A DNA stretch of 64,000 bases from the NCBI RefSeq assembly GCF_018350175.1, contig NC_058368.1, positions 177,136,001-177,200,000 of the forward strand, read 5' to 3'. The notes below the pieces were generated by a model. It did not search any database. It was given only the letters and a program-made list of their open reading frames with translations, and had not been told where the DNA came from. Both the position numbers and the translations under genes were made by a program. The stretch is from Felis catus (lineage: Eukaryota). Shown in pieces: positions 22,959-36,329 of the stretch (the first letter of the stretch is position 1; each line of letters begins with the position of its first letter).

Positions 22959-22990
<32 letters not shown>

Positions 22991-22999
22991 AGAGAGAGA
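22959..22999. repeat. poly(A) plus (AG)n simple repeat
   Basis: About 29 A followed by AG repeats, with no SINE body attached. Confidence 0.9.
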
Positions 23000-25900
23000 A
23001 TCCTAGGCCCTTGGGGAAGCGATCACTCTTCTGTTACTAGCCATTGGTAGCCATGCCAGACTCCCTGGCCCTACGGACACCCCAACCGCTTTCCGCCTTA
23101 GGACTTGGAGCCAGAGGGGTTTTTGGAGACAGGACTGTGAGAGAGTGGTTACCAGAAGCGAAGAATGTGCTGCTTGGTGGATGGATTGGTGGAAGAAAAG
23201 AAACATGGCAGCTATTACCTGCCAATTTGAACATTGGGGGAATCAAACTGGGCTTTGGAGAGTTGGGAGGAGGAAGTCTTCAGGGTTTCTTTCCTGTGGA
23301 AACCTTGACAGTTTCTTTGTATCTCTCCTAACACAGTAACCACCTCAACCCCAGGGTTGAGAGGGAAGATGAAAGAATCTACTTAACCCAGCACAATGTT
23401 TTCCTAGCCAGATTTTCTCCAGTGTGAAAATGTTTATTGAGTCAGTGATTCCACTGGGTAGGGTCGGTGACATCAGAGCCACTTCCCCCATTTAATGCTA
23501 TAAATAATAAATGGTGACACTGAAAGTCTGTTGGATAGCTGCATGGTTTCTGTGGATGATGGTATCTGGGGAGTTGAGCTGCATGTTTTAAAAATGGAAG
23601 TACAGTAGCGTAAATACACAACTTAATATTTGCTGTCCTTTGCATAATTCACAGAACTAGACCTCTCCAGTAGTCTTTAAAACTGGAAGGAAAGAAAAAA
23701 AAAAAAGCTTTGGTTGTTCCTGCTTTGGGCTCGTGTGCACACGTGTGCTTGCTTTTTCAAGGATGTTGTCACTTGTGAGTTTTTCTTTGATTTTCATGTA
23801 GTAAGTAATTTTTCCTTTTTCAGTATAATTTATCAAACTATCGTAGTCAAGCCTTTGTATTCTGAAAATTTTGTAGTGGGTTATTTTGGTAAATATCTTC
23901 ATTGGGATTCCACATATAGTACATCCGTATTCTTATGGATGTACAATACAAACACTTAAACTGGAGGAGTACTTCATATTGAAAAATTGTAACTTGGTGC
24001 CTCTTTGAAATTGGCTGTTCTGTGCTCCTTCCATTTTCATTCATTTAAAAAATGACTAAAATGTCTTTATTTTCAAAAGACTTAGAAGAAATACTGCATA
24101 ATTCATTTAGTATTTTTGAGTGTATGGTAAAAAAAACAAAACAAAACAAAACAAAAACTCTGCCCTAAATTTGTTGGTTTCCCATGCTCATAACTTAAAG
24201 TTTTGATTATACATGATTGTACTTGTCTGTGATCTGAAAAGATATTTCAGCCTTTCAAGGACGTTATATACCGGAATTCTCAGAAAATTTAACAAAGAGA
24301 GCAATTTTGAAATGGCTTTTCATATACGGATTTTGATATTCTCTCAAAGGGATACCAGTTAAGACTCTTAGGCAACCCTTTTCATAAACATGTATGCATT
24401 TATTGTAGTGGATAGTGCAGGTATTTAACAACTGATTTAGTAAATCCAGGATTGGATGTAGGAATGATAATGCCTTAAAATCTAATTGCATGTGGCTCTC
24501 TGTATTCGCTGCATTTTAATTACAGTTTCCAGAACTAGGTTAAAAATACTCTTTACGTTGGTTCTAAAATAACATGATTGAAAGAAAGGAATGGGTTAAA
24601 CTGATGGTATGTTAAGAGCCTAAAGCATGAAATATTTCTGGATTTTTATGAGTCAGCTTCAATACTCAAATATTTGCGATTGTGCTGCCTGTACCAGTTT
24701 GGTACTTAATGGTTAACAGGATAACTTTCATTTGATATTCCAGAGAGTGCTATATGAAAGACAGGAAACAGGCTTTTGGGGTATCTCCAGTTTCTTAATC
24801 TTCATCCTTCCACTTCTTTTGATTTTGATTCTTTTTCTTTTTCTTTTTTCCCTTGTGTTTTTGTTTTTCTTTTTAGTTTGCTAGGAAATAAAGCTGGTGA
24901 TAGCCCAATAATTAAATCTCCAAAATATAACCTCCCTTTGTGACTCCTGTCTCTGCCTAAGGCTGGGTCCACAAAGAATGCTTCTCCAAGTGACCTACCT
25001 CATAGGGTTCAGTCTTTAATATAGACTATAAACTCTTGATTGAGACAACTGCATTTATAATTGCTGATGGTAAATAATTTAACCACCAAATGACTTTCAT
25101 GGCCTTATATTGGACTATAGTACTTAGTTTGTGGGACTTTGTTTCTGACTTTGGTAAAATGAGTTTTATTATTAATGAGGTAGAGAAGTAATAATCCAGT
25201 TGGAAGTATGTCTATGTCTAGTGCGGTGGATATCACTGGAAAGAATGAAAACTGCATTATGTATCACATGATGTTTTTTAATGCTTGAGTTAGGAGTAGA
25301 AGTTGATGTTCAGGCACTCATTGCTAGAAAGCGCTCACAGAGCTGCTGATTGGAAGAGAAAGATGGTAAGTTTTCTCTATTAGAAGATAGCAGAAGCTGA
25401 TGTTAAAGTTTTAGGAAAGGTAACCCTTGCTTTCTCTATGGGTGTGGGCGTGTGCCCACCCGTCACCCCCAAGCACAAATTATACTCTTATTAGCTGTTG
25501 GATGGTCCCCCTCTTTGGTAAGTGACCTTAAGTGACTCATTTTCTTTTTGTGTTGTCTCTAAGTGGCTATATTGTTGAATGTAGTAAAATACATTGGACC
25601 TAAGAAGGTAAGATATCAATGCTATTTTTTAGAGCTGTTGAAGTATAGGCAGGCTACAAGGCTAAGGAGATGAAAGAAACTAAGTAAAGTTATGGGAAAT
25701 TTTTCTTTTTTTCTTTTTGGATTGTCCCCCCCTTCCTGCCATTGGTTCTCTAAGTGGAGTAAGTGGGATTGTTTTTTAGTGACTGCTTTAAGAAATTGGA
25801 TCTTAGTTTGTCACTATCACTTACCCTCATTTGCCTCTAGCCATGTGTTGATTTACCAAATGCCGATTAAATAGACAAAGGTTTAATTAAGTAGGGTCCG

Positions 25901-26155
25901 AATGGAATAAACCACATACGTATACCTACTTACAGACTCATTTACCTGCCTCAAGACACTGTGGCTCAAATATATCAATTTTTGCTCCTGATTTTTGAGC
26001 AAGTTAGCTGCCCCTTCAGAAGTGACAAGGACAAATACGATCCTGTGCGCACATCTTGGTACTCCTGGCTCCTGACTGCTCTAACCTGAAAACAGAGAGC
26101 TGGTATAGGAAAGTCACTAGGCCATTACATGGGTTCACAGAACAGCACTTAAGGC

Positions 26156-26477
26156 CACTTGACCCTTGAACGACGTGGGTTTGAACTGTGCAGGTCCACT
26201 TATAATAATTTTTTGTTTTTTACAGTACTGTAAATGTATTTTCTCTTTTAATGATTGTCTTACTATCTTCTTTAGCTTACTTTATGTAAGAATACAATAG
26301 GTGATACATATGAAATACAAAGTATGTGTTAACCACCTGTTTATTTTATTGGTAAGGCTTCCAGTCAAAAGAAGGTTATTAGTAGTTAAGTTTTGGGGGA
26401 GTCAAAAGTTATATGTGGATTTTCTGTTACATGCGGGTCAGTGCCCCTAATCTCCCATGTTGTTCAAGGGTCAACTA
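26156..26477. mobile_element. Tigger2a-like MITE with both TIRs
   Basis: Left end cacttgacccttgaacgac and right end gttgttcaagggtcaact are inverted repeats. Confidence 0.85.
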
Positions 26478-27654
26478 TATATCCTTCTGAGCAGTGCTGT
26501 TTGATTCTATGATCCTCTGAATTTTGTACTCTCGGGTTCCTGGGTTCCACCTGCTGGTATTTCACTTTAAGGGAAAGAAAGCGTTTCAAGTCCTAGTAAT
26601 TTCAGTTACAGATTCCCTTCTAGCTTTTCTTCCCACATTATTCCTCACTTATTCTATATTTCAGCCGGACGGTAGACCAGGGTTCTTCAGATTCTGCTCA
26701 CATTTTTTTTTTTTTTTTCTTTTTCTCCCCCCATGCATTGAAGGCTACCGATAGTTACCGGCGGGACCTAATAGTTGGCTCTCTGGCCAAACTGGCTTCA
26801 ATCAGATCTCGGCAATTCTCTCTTCCGCCTGTACTGAGAAAAGTCCTGTCTCCTCAAAACACAATTTAGGTGCCACCTCTTTTGATGTCAGTTTACGTTA
26901 TGGTGGCAGATACTATTTTGTTTTTATAGCATTGCCTACCCGATGTTCACTGTTAAATGAAATGAATGAATTCTGGCACTTTGTGTTTATCTTGTGGCAC
27001 GTAGCATTTTCCAGGCTTGTATTAGAGTTTCCTGTTTGTGTCTCCTATTAAATGATAAACTCCTCGCAGTGCCTTCTTACAGTACACGTTCAGTAAACGT
27101 TGAGTTGAATTTTATATGCATTATTGCTGTCTGTCTGTCTGTCTGGTAATTCTCACCTGTATCAGTAATTTTCTTAATGTATTCCTAACTCATATGGGAC
27201 TTAATCATACCCTCCTGTATATCGTAAAAGCTTGTGATTATGTCTCAATTTCCCTTCCAGAGGCTGTATTGTCTTTTGAATCCTTCACAATGCTTAGGAC
27301 TTGGGTGTGTAATAGGTACATTGATTGAAATTAATGTGAGGTATTTCTTTTTTCATGCTGTGAAATCTTTTTAAGGTTTCCTTTTGATAACTTTTAAGAC
27401 AAAGGCGTAGATGAATAGAGGAATAAGACTGGTAAGGCAGAAGAGGAGAGTGATGTGTGGCACACACACATCTATAGACCATTGTTTACTGTTTATACAG
27501 ACATCCTGTAAAACCATTATTTACAGACTTTTACACCCAACAGATGGATTTACATACATCCCAGAGAGTGGTTGATAGCAAAGTATTGAGGAAACCCTTT
27601 TATACGTGTTGATGTGAACTTGCCAAACAGTAAATTCTGAGGAAGCGTGATTTA

Positions 27655-27860
27655 TCAGCAAGGGCGTGGACTTTAGAGGGAAGCACCCAAGTTTTATCCT
27701 AGCTTTGTCACCTGCTGGCTGTGTGACCTTAAGAAAGTTAACCTTTCTGTGCTATGATTTCATTATCGGTAAAAACAAGAAAATGTAGGTTTTGCTCTGA
27801 GTTGTTGGGAGGATGATGGGAGAAATGTGTGTGAAAGGACCTTGCAGAAGCTTATCTCAG
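27655..27860 (+). mobile_element. MIR
   Basis: MIR core gctgtgtgacctt..gaaagtta.acctttctgtgc...tttc. Confidence 0.65.
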
Positions 27861-30800
27861 CAACTGCTTGCCGAGCTAACTTCCACCGGTACAGGGACCG
27901 GGTTTTGTAAAGCACAGTCAAGGCAGATGGCGGGAAGAAAGTTTTATTTTCCCCCCTTAGTTGTGCATGTATTTATTTGTGAAGTTTTACAGAAGCCTGA
28001 CATTGAGTTGCTTTAATTATATGTTTCATGAGGTATCTCTTTGGAAGAAATCATGAAATCATACAGAATCAGTATTATTTTGGAAATTTGGGAAGTGGAA
28101 GGAGTGTTAGAATTATTAAGAACTGTCAGACTTAATGGCCTGTACTCGAACTACAGAGAGAACCCACCCGACCCTGCTTTAGGTATCCTGGTGGAAAGAG
28201 ACTGGTGATTCGTTCCTATTAACATTGAGCATTGTGATTTACGTTTGATCAGTTTAATTTTGATGAGGAAATTAGGATTTTTGAGTTCTTATTCTGGTTT
28301 TAGCAAAGCTGATGATTTTGACCTTTAACAGAATAAGCAGTGAGTATTATACAAGATTTCCTCCTGAGTTGTATTGTTGTTCATTGAATTAGTTGACAAA
28401 GGGGGAAAAAACCTGTTGGTCAAGAATGTGCTTGTTAGCTTCAGTTAAGTTTCTGCTGATCACAATTGCCTAACAGGAAGTTTGTCTTTGTAGGCAAATG
28501 AGAGACGTACCAGGAGGACCTGACAGTCCAGTAGGGTATTTCTAACCTGGAGCTTATTATTGTTTTAACAAAATTCAAAGATTGCAGAGTTCTGTGATGT
28601 CAGCAGGAAGCACTTTTAGGAAATTCCCTCTCAGGGTTAGTCAGCAATGAAGAACTTCACAGAGTGGAAAGCTGTGAAGTAGAAACAGTGGGACATTAAC
28701 TTGTAAAATGAAGGGAAGAAAAAGTCTGTGAGTAGAGAGATTGATAAATATCATAAGTGTAATGAATATGGGAAGCCATTCTCATAGCTTGTCTCTGATT
28801 CACAGAAGAAAATTTAAGTGAGAGCTCTACTGTTGAGAAAAAGGAACTTGAGTCATTTTTAATTTTTATTTTTCTAAGAGTTAAATTGAGAACCCTTAAC
28901 CAGTTTTGGGAACTAATAATAAAATACATTTTGGTTCTGTGAAATGATTGCTTGGGAGACTCAAAGAGAAAGGGACAGAGAACAGGAAGAACTCAGTCTT
29001 TACACTTTTGGTCTGGCTTCTATTAATCTTTGTATCTCTAGCATTAGGGCCGCCACGAATTAGGCATTCAGTAAATATTTATTTGAAGGGAAGACCAGAA
29101 AATTAACACAGTAATACAGGAAAAAGCTTGATGACTCAGGAGGTTCAGAAATGAGTCCATTAGTCAGATTGTGGTTGTGTTTTGCTATCATTGCTCAGCA
29201 TTTTGGTTGTAGCACCGAGTTACACTTTGAAAAGCAGAGTATATTCTTTTTAGCAGTTAGCTAGTAACTCGCTGCTTCTATCAAAATAGGGTTTTCAGTT
29301 TATTCTTAGGCTTGTTCTAATATCACTTAACGGGAGAAGCTTGAACACTCATTCTTTGCTTGAGATTTTACTTAAGTGATCTCTCTTTTAAGTTGTGGGT
29401 ATTAGGATACTTTCCTAAGATTGTTACTCTATGGTGAGGCTAATCATAGACTTTTTTTCAGTCACTCCCGTTGCTTTGCTTACAATGTGATAAATCAGAA
29501 CATCTTCAGTGATTGCCTGTGGACTATTTATTGACAAATCTTGGAATTTTAAAATTTCTTGGTTTCAGTTGGATTTGGGATTCTTTGTCACAGGCAGTCT
29601 TTGCTGCTAAACACAAAGACCTACTTGGCAACATTATAATGTGTTTTATTATAAATATTGTGAGCCTCACAATTGCATGCCTTTGTTAAAGAAATGCTTT
29701 TTTAAGTGGTAAAATATGGAGCGTTAGCCCTTTCAGGATGGCTTAACTGGTTCAGTTGTGTTTTAGTTTGGCTAGGCTGAAATATTTACTCTTCTGTATT
29801 TTTGTGCTTCTCTATTCTGACGTTAACTCCGGACCTTTGAGAGTAAAGCTTGGTTTCTTCTGCCCCAGGAATCATGGCCTTTCTGATCCTTAGACTTGGC
29901 AGGCCACAGTGCTCTGTGGAAAGGGGATGGTCTCTACCAATTAGTAGATGTGGGACTTTGGGCAAGTTATTTCTTCTCTTTTTTTTTTTTGAGAATTAAA
30001 TATGAGTAAGGAATGTAAAGGTCCTGACCCATTAGTAGCCCTAAAGGTAGGTATTCTAATTACTGCAGGAACATTTTGGCTGTAGGTTTTTAAGGAAGTA
30101 GAAAATTTATATGTAACTAACAGTCTTGTGACTGATTTTTAAAATTTTTATCTATGTTATTCCATAGAATGGCTTTTTTCTCTCTCCCGTATAATTTGTT
30201 TGTATATTTGCAGTCTGATGGAGAAGTTGGTATGGTAGTAAAAGAATGTTGATACAATGTTGACTCGGCTTATATATTTAAAGGTGTTATTTAGTAAATT
30301 GTTTATTAGTGTTTTTTAAATTATTTTCCTTAGTTTACCCAATGACTGGTCATTGTAGAGGGTTGGTCTTTATTGAATCAGAAGTTCACTCTTAAAATTA
30401 TGCCATGTGTTTTTAAAATGTCGTGTATTTTCAGGTGAGGTTTGAAGATTTGGGTAATGTGTAGATTTGATGTCTTATAGGTAGCAAACCAAAAGATTTC
30501 TTGTTAGGTGCCTAAATATCTTTTTTGGGAGGTATTTGAGCCTTCCTATATCATTAATTTTTTTGTAATGCTGGAGGAGCTGTCTTAGAAAATGGGTAAG
30601 GAAGTTCATCGTACTGAATGGTCTGGGACAATTTATGTGGATAACGGAGTAAGTTTTTAGCTGCTCTCATTGGAAATCGCGTATTTATCATGAGTAAAAA
30701 TTAATATTAGGGAACGTTTCTTTCTCTACCATGTAGAATTTCTTATCCTTTTGTCGGCACAGAGGTGAAGAATGCTGCTACAGAACTTTTATACCAAATA

Positions 30801-31544
30801 GCTGACTCAGGGGTTGTGACTTTTCTGTGCCTCAGATCCACCACTCCGATGACCCTTCCTTCCATTTCTTGGTGGCTGTCCTTTGCCGCTGGTGCCATGG
30901 TGGGTGTACGGATTGCTTTCTGTCTTTCAACAGTTACCGAAGTGCATGTTTGGGATTTTATTGAAGAAAGCTGGATACAGTAAACGGAAAGAATCTTGGA
31001 AGCTGCTTGACTGCTGTCTTTTCTCAGACTAGTCTGAAAGGGAATACCCCCATTCATTCTGGATTGGTGGATCTGAAGTACAAAATATTTTCCAGGTAAG
31101 CAATTACCCTGTATTGTTTTGTTGTATGGACCTCAACTCACTGAAAGAAACTTAAAAAACAGAATTTCTCTACTTTTTTCCATTGGTAGAGACGGGAAGG
31201 ATGTTAGATGTTTAGACACAGTGTTCGTGTCTGGGGTGGATTAGTGAAGGTGCATGTGGCAGAATTGCTAGTGGACGCTTGGTTTTAGTGCGAGAAGGGC
31301 AGTTATTTTCATTGTAGGCCCAGATGGTTTATAGTTATAATCTAACAGGGAGTACGGAAAACAAGGGAAATTTGGGGAATAGCTTATAAAATATGGAAAA
31401 CAAATGGTAATTTCGAGGTATTCTCTCATGATTTATACCTGATACCTGGTCAGAATAGTTTTTGTAGTCACTATGTAAAGCAGTGGTGTTTCATTCTTAG
31501 GACTCTTGGAGGGTCTTCTCGGGAAGATTTACTACCTGTAGCAC

Positions 31545-31765
31545 CTGTTTCTTGAGCATCTGCTGCGTACCAGGCACTGTTGGAGGCTCTTTACACACGT
31601 TTCTGATTCAGTTGGCACATGCTTTTACCTTACATTTTACAGATAGTGAGATGAAGCTCATAAGCATTAAGTTCAAGTTGCCCAGGGTCATAGAGCTAGT
31701 AAATGGCAAAGCCAGGCTTTAGGCTTGAGTCTTTATGCTTCCAAAGTTCTGGCTCTTTCCATGTG
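31545..31765 (-). mobile_element. MIR
   Basis: cattttacagat..tgagatgaagctca...ttgcccagggtcatagagctagtaaatggcaaagccagg. Confidence 0.7.
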
Positions 31766-32399
31766 ACTACATTTGCTGAAATTTGTACTTCAACTTCTGG
31801 ATTTTCAAATGGCCCATCTGCAAGAGCAAGGTGTGGTTTTCTATGATGGGTTTCCACTCAGAAAATACCTGACTGGTTATTGTTTGGTGTGGCATTTTAA
31901 TTATATCTGGTGCTTTTTCTGCTTGATGAAGAAATTAGAAGATCTTCGGTCAGTTCTTCAAGTGAACGTACAGGTAACTTAGGGAGTATGAGAGAGGCAG
32001 TGCCTTTAAATGTCAAAACACGGTTTATACAGGGAAGTATCATTTGGTCTAGTGAACTCGAACCTGTATCTTCTCAGTTCCTCTTTAGTTTTTACTGGTT
32101 ATTTAAATAGCTCAGTAGCTTATTACATGGACTTCTTTTGACCTGTAGTTTGTCAGCCTTACGAATAAGACATTGTTGGGTAACTCTTAAAAACGTGCCT
32201 TTTTTGGGTATCTAATATTCCCTACAGAATCCATTTCCTTTAATCTTAAAAAAGAATATCTTTTTATCATAGATGGATACTCTTGCATTGTGATCCTTGT
32301 TTTAGTTTAATTCCTTTATATTTGCTAATGTTTCTCCTAAGTGAGCATTTTACACACTTGTCATCTGAAGAGCTATGAGGGTGGTGTGGTGGGAACAGT

Positions 32400-32870
32400 A
32401 AAAATACTAACAGTTAACACGTACTGGACACTTACTCTGTATTGAGCACAATTATAAGCACTTCATTTGTTTTTTAATGGTTTTTAGAGAGAGCGAGCGA
32501 GCGAGCGAGCAGGGGAGGGGCAGAGAGAGAGGGAGACACAGAATCTGAAACAGGCTCCAGGCTCTGAGCTGTCAGTACAGAGCCTGACGCGGGGCTCGAA
32601 CTCACGGACCATGAGATTATGACCTGAGTCGAAGTCAGACACTTAACCAACTGAGCCACCCAGCACCCCTATAAGCACTTTATGTGTATAAACTTTGTAT
32701 ATTTATAGTAACCCAGGGAGGTAGGTGCCATTGTTTCTTTACTGATGAGGAAACTGAAGGATAGAATAATTAAATAATGTGTCCAAGATTACACGTCTAG
32801 TAAAAGACAAAGATGGGGTATGAATTCAGGGAGTCTGGCTTCAGAGAATGTGCTTCTAACATCTGTGCTA
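32400..32870 (-). mobile_element. MIR interrupted by a Can-SINE
   Basis: gatgaggaaactgaagg...ccaagattacac.tctagtaa. The SINE at 32465-32669 lies within it. Confidence 0.65.
32465..32669 (-). mobile_element. Can-SINE
   Basis: Antisense copy with TSD tataagcactt. Confidence 0.92.
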
Positions 32871-33094
32871 TGCCGCCTGTAGTACGAGTGTCATCCTGTG
32901 ATATAAAGAGGGGTGGAAATCCCGAGGGCTGAAACTGAAATCAGTGCAGAGGAAAAGGAAAATTGTTGTTGAATATCTACCTCTTACCTTTGGTATAGAA
33001 AACGGTCTAGATCTCGGTTCTGTGGTAGCCATCCAGTACTGTCAGGCTGTTTCCCAAGATGACTCATGGTAGGGTTTATTGGAGGTTATCTTCC

Positions 33095-33262
33095 AGAATA
33101 GTCTGTCCGGTAGAACTTTCTGTGATAACGAAAATGTTCACTGCCTGTGCTGTTCAGTATGGTAGTCGCTAATCACATGTGGTTATTTTGAAATGTGGCT
33201 CTGTCACTGAGGACCTGAATTTTAAATTTTATTTAATTTAAATTTACATTTAAATAACCACC
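33095..33262. mobile_element. MER3-like hAT-Charlie element
   Basis: ctgtcc..tagaactttctgtgata..gaaaatgttc...aatgtggct..tg..actgagga.ctgaattttaaattttatttaattt. Confidence 0.75.
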
Positions 33263-33457
33263 AGTGCATTTTTAGAACTTACCTTAATCCTAGGTCTGGT
33301 CATTTGTTTAAACCCCTTAGAAATCTGATCTGGTCACAGGCTCAAAGCAACTCCTTATTCCAGGTCAGGGCACGTTAACCAGCTATGAAGACTGATGTAT
33401 AAAACTAGAATTCCAGTTTATTAACGATATGTGCATTTTGGTATGATTAATATAAAC

Positions 33458-33664
33458 TTTTTGATTTTTTTTATTTTTGAGAGAGAGAGGGAGAGAGAGA
33501 AGGGGGGGGAGGGGCAGAGAGAGACAGACACACAGAATCCGAATCAGGCTCCAGGCTCTGAGCTGTCAGCACAGAGATCGACACAGCGCTTGAACCCACC
33601 AACTGTGAGATTGTGACCTGAGTCGAAGTCAGACGCTTAACTGACTGAGCCACCCAGGCACCCC
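33458..33664 (-). mobile_element. Can-SINE
   Basis: Antisense copy with TSD aatataaa(c/g)ttt. Confidence 0.92.
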
Positions 33665-34252
33665 AATATAAAGTTTTTTGATAGGTAATTTGCTTATTAG
33701 TTCCTAATTACTATACCAGTTTAATTTTTTCGAATAAGAAACAAAAGTTAGAGGGACCAGAAGGTTCAAACCTAGTGACTGGCATATTGTATTTATGTGT
33801 GTAGACTTTACCTATCAGGTTCATACATAGTCGGGTGGCTTAGTTGGCATGAACTCAACCAGAGAAGTGAGATATTTGCTGGACAGGGACTGAGGCCACC
33901 TCGGTCCCACCCTACGTCAGGGATGGGTGGTTTTTCCCTGTGGCAGAACCTCTTTGTTTGCTTTTATTTCCCCAGTCTTTTTCTCATTAAGGCACGTGTT
34001 TTTAGACTAGTTAGTATATTCAACTTGAATGCATTCTTGACTTTATAGGTCTCAGAAGCCCTTTGTTTTCCTTCAGGTGCCTTTATCACTGCTATGATCC
34101 ATTTTGTGTTCATTTTTTACTCTAAGAAAGCAGTTGGATGTTTTTGCTTCTGTGTAGCCTCTTTTTACCAAAACAGATTTATTAGCTTATTTAATTTGGT
34201 CATATAGTGTGGGGTAGAGTAAGAACATACTCATAAGAAATAAATTAGGTAG

Positions 34253-34477
34253 GGGGCGCCTGGGTGGCGCAGTCGGTTAAGCGTCCGACTTCAGCCAGGT
34301 CACGATCTTGCGGTCGGTGAGTTCGAGCCCCGCGTCAGGCTCCGGGCTGATGGCTCAGAGCCTGGAGCCTGTTTCCGATTCTGTGTCTCCCTCTCTCTCT
34401 GCCCCTCCCCCGTTCATGCTCTGTCTCTCTCTGTCCCAAAAATAAATAAACGTTGAAAAAAAAATTAAAAAAAAAAA
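34253..34477 (+). mobile_element. Young felid SINE (SINEC_Fc-type)
   Basis: CpGs retained; perfect 18-bp TSD aagaaataaattaggtag at 34235-34252 and 34478-34495. Confidence 0.95.
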
Positions 34478-34624
34478 AAGAAATAAATTAGGTAGTACAT
34501 TCTCTTTGCATTGTATCATGTTATTAAAAGAGCTTGTTTTTAGCTTACTTTATCGTTACTTTGGGACTTGTTCCTTCTGCTCTTAAAGTACCAAATTGGT
34601 ATTTTAGGAAGTTAACCTTTCAGG

Positions 34625-35030
34625 TGTGTGCAAGGTGGGTTGAAGAGACAGAAGGCGCGGAGACCAGTTAGTTCACGTGAACAATGGGGAAGGCAAACCG
34701 AAGCGTCGACAGTGGGTGTGAGGAGGGTGGGGAGGACTTAAAAGAAATGTAGGTGATAGGATCTACAGAACTTGGGGACTAGTTAAAGGAGTAGGTGATA
34801 GGTGAGTACAGTATGAATTTTAGGTTTTTGCCTTGGGCACCCGATGGATGTTTACTGTCTTTTCCAAGATAGAGAGTACTAGAAGAGCAGACAGGAAGTG
34901 GGAGTGGGGGAGGGAGAAAGAATGAGTTCCAATTTATAAGGAATTTGAGTTGCCTATCAGTGAATCCTCCAAGAAAAGTGTCTAGTGGGAATATGAACAT
35001 CAGAGAGAGCAGGGAGAGAGAGAATGGGTT
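34625..35030 (-). mobile_element. L2 fragment
   Basis: Purine-rich L2-like sequence (ggtttttgccttgggcacc.gatggatg...gaatttgagttgcct). Confidence 0.55.
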
Positions 35031-36329
35031 GGGAATTTTTATTTTGTTTCAGTGGTAGCTCACTTTACTCAGAGTTCTGTTTCTCAGAGTGTAGATCTAG
35101 AAATCTACATTATCAGTGTATGGGAATGTTAACATAAAGGAATGGGCTATAACTCAGTTCAAATGACCTTGATACTGATCAAGAGGTATTACCACTCTCC
35201 TTTTTTTCTGAACCTGAGTATTCAGATTTAGATGCAAAGGAGTTTGCAAATTAAGTTCCATGCATCTGGTGACAAAAATAAGGGGGAAATAGCCTAAACG
35301 GTGAAGGTTCTGGATCAAGTGTGACATGGGAAATGAAAATTCGCTCTTCTCTCAGCCTGTCTCAATTCCTGAATGCTTCTCATCTAGCTGTGTGATGAGT
35401 GTGATTATGGTTTTTTAATGACACAATTTTAACATCACAGCATGAGGTCTAAGGACAAGCTAGCTGTTTTGTTGAAGAAAAGGTGAACTATTCAAGTAGA
35501 GTGAAAATTAGCTGTGTTGGAATTATTGAGATGGTGTATCAGTCTAGTGGGCATATATTTAAGGGATTTGTTAGGCAAATGTTTACTCTATGTTGTTTTC
35601 ACCTTATTCACTAATTCCCAGGTGAGCTGTAGCTCCATGATTTTGGTAATGAAAACATGGAGATTGGAAGAGTTCATTATAGCTACAGTGAGTCAGTACT
35701 TACCAAAAAGATTTTTTGAATACATTATATATGTCTATGCTACAAAATTGATTGATAAGGTACAAAAAGGAGTGGACAGTTAAAAAAAAGTCTGCAACTT
35801 TTTTCCCTCTGGCTCCAGCTATTCAACCATATTTTTGCATAGGTTTCATATACGTGTGTGTGCTGTACATAATTCTTCTGAATCTTGAATTTTTTTAATA
35901 TAAAACATGACACGGTCATTTTTCATATCAGTTCCCGAAGAGCTCTCAAATTTTTTGAAGAGATAATTTAGAAGATGCATACTCATTTATTGTAGGTGCT
36001 ATAATTTGTGAAACCAGTCTGGACTGATATACATATAGATTATTTCCAGTCTTTTGCTATTACACCTAATGCTGTAAAGAATAATTTAGTGTGTATGTCA
36101 TTTCATGTATGGAGAAGTAGATCTTCAGGACAGATTCCTAGGAGTAAGCATCACTAGATACACACTTTTAAAAATCCCATAGACATTGCCACATTGCCCT
36201 CCAGTTATACTGCAACAGTACATACTCTCACAGGTTTTGCTTGAGAATATTCTTTTTTCCTGACACTCTTAATGGTGTTATGTGGATTTCAAGCTGATTA
36301 CTTTTTAAACTGTTCTTCTCTTTTTCCCT

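Noticed and set aside
30765..30983. 72-aa ORF with a hydrophobic stretch, possible microprotein
   Set aside because: GTG start, no recognisable homology; better considered within the cryptic-exon region reported above.
34253..34330. tRNA-like A/B boxes in SINE heads as tRNA genes
   Set aside because: They continue into SINE body, CT tract and A tail with TSDs; no complete cloverleaf.
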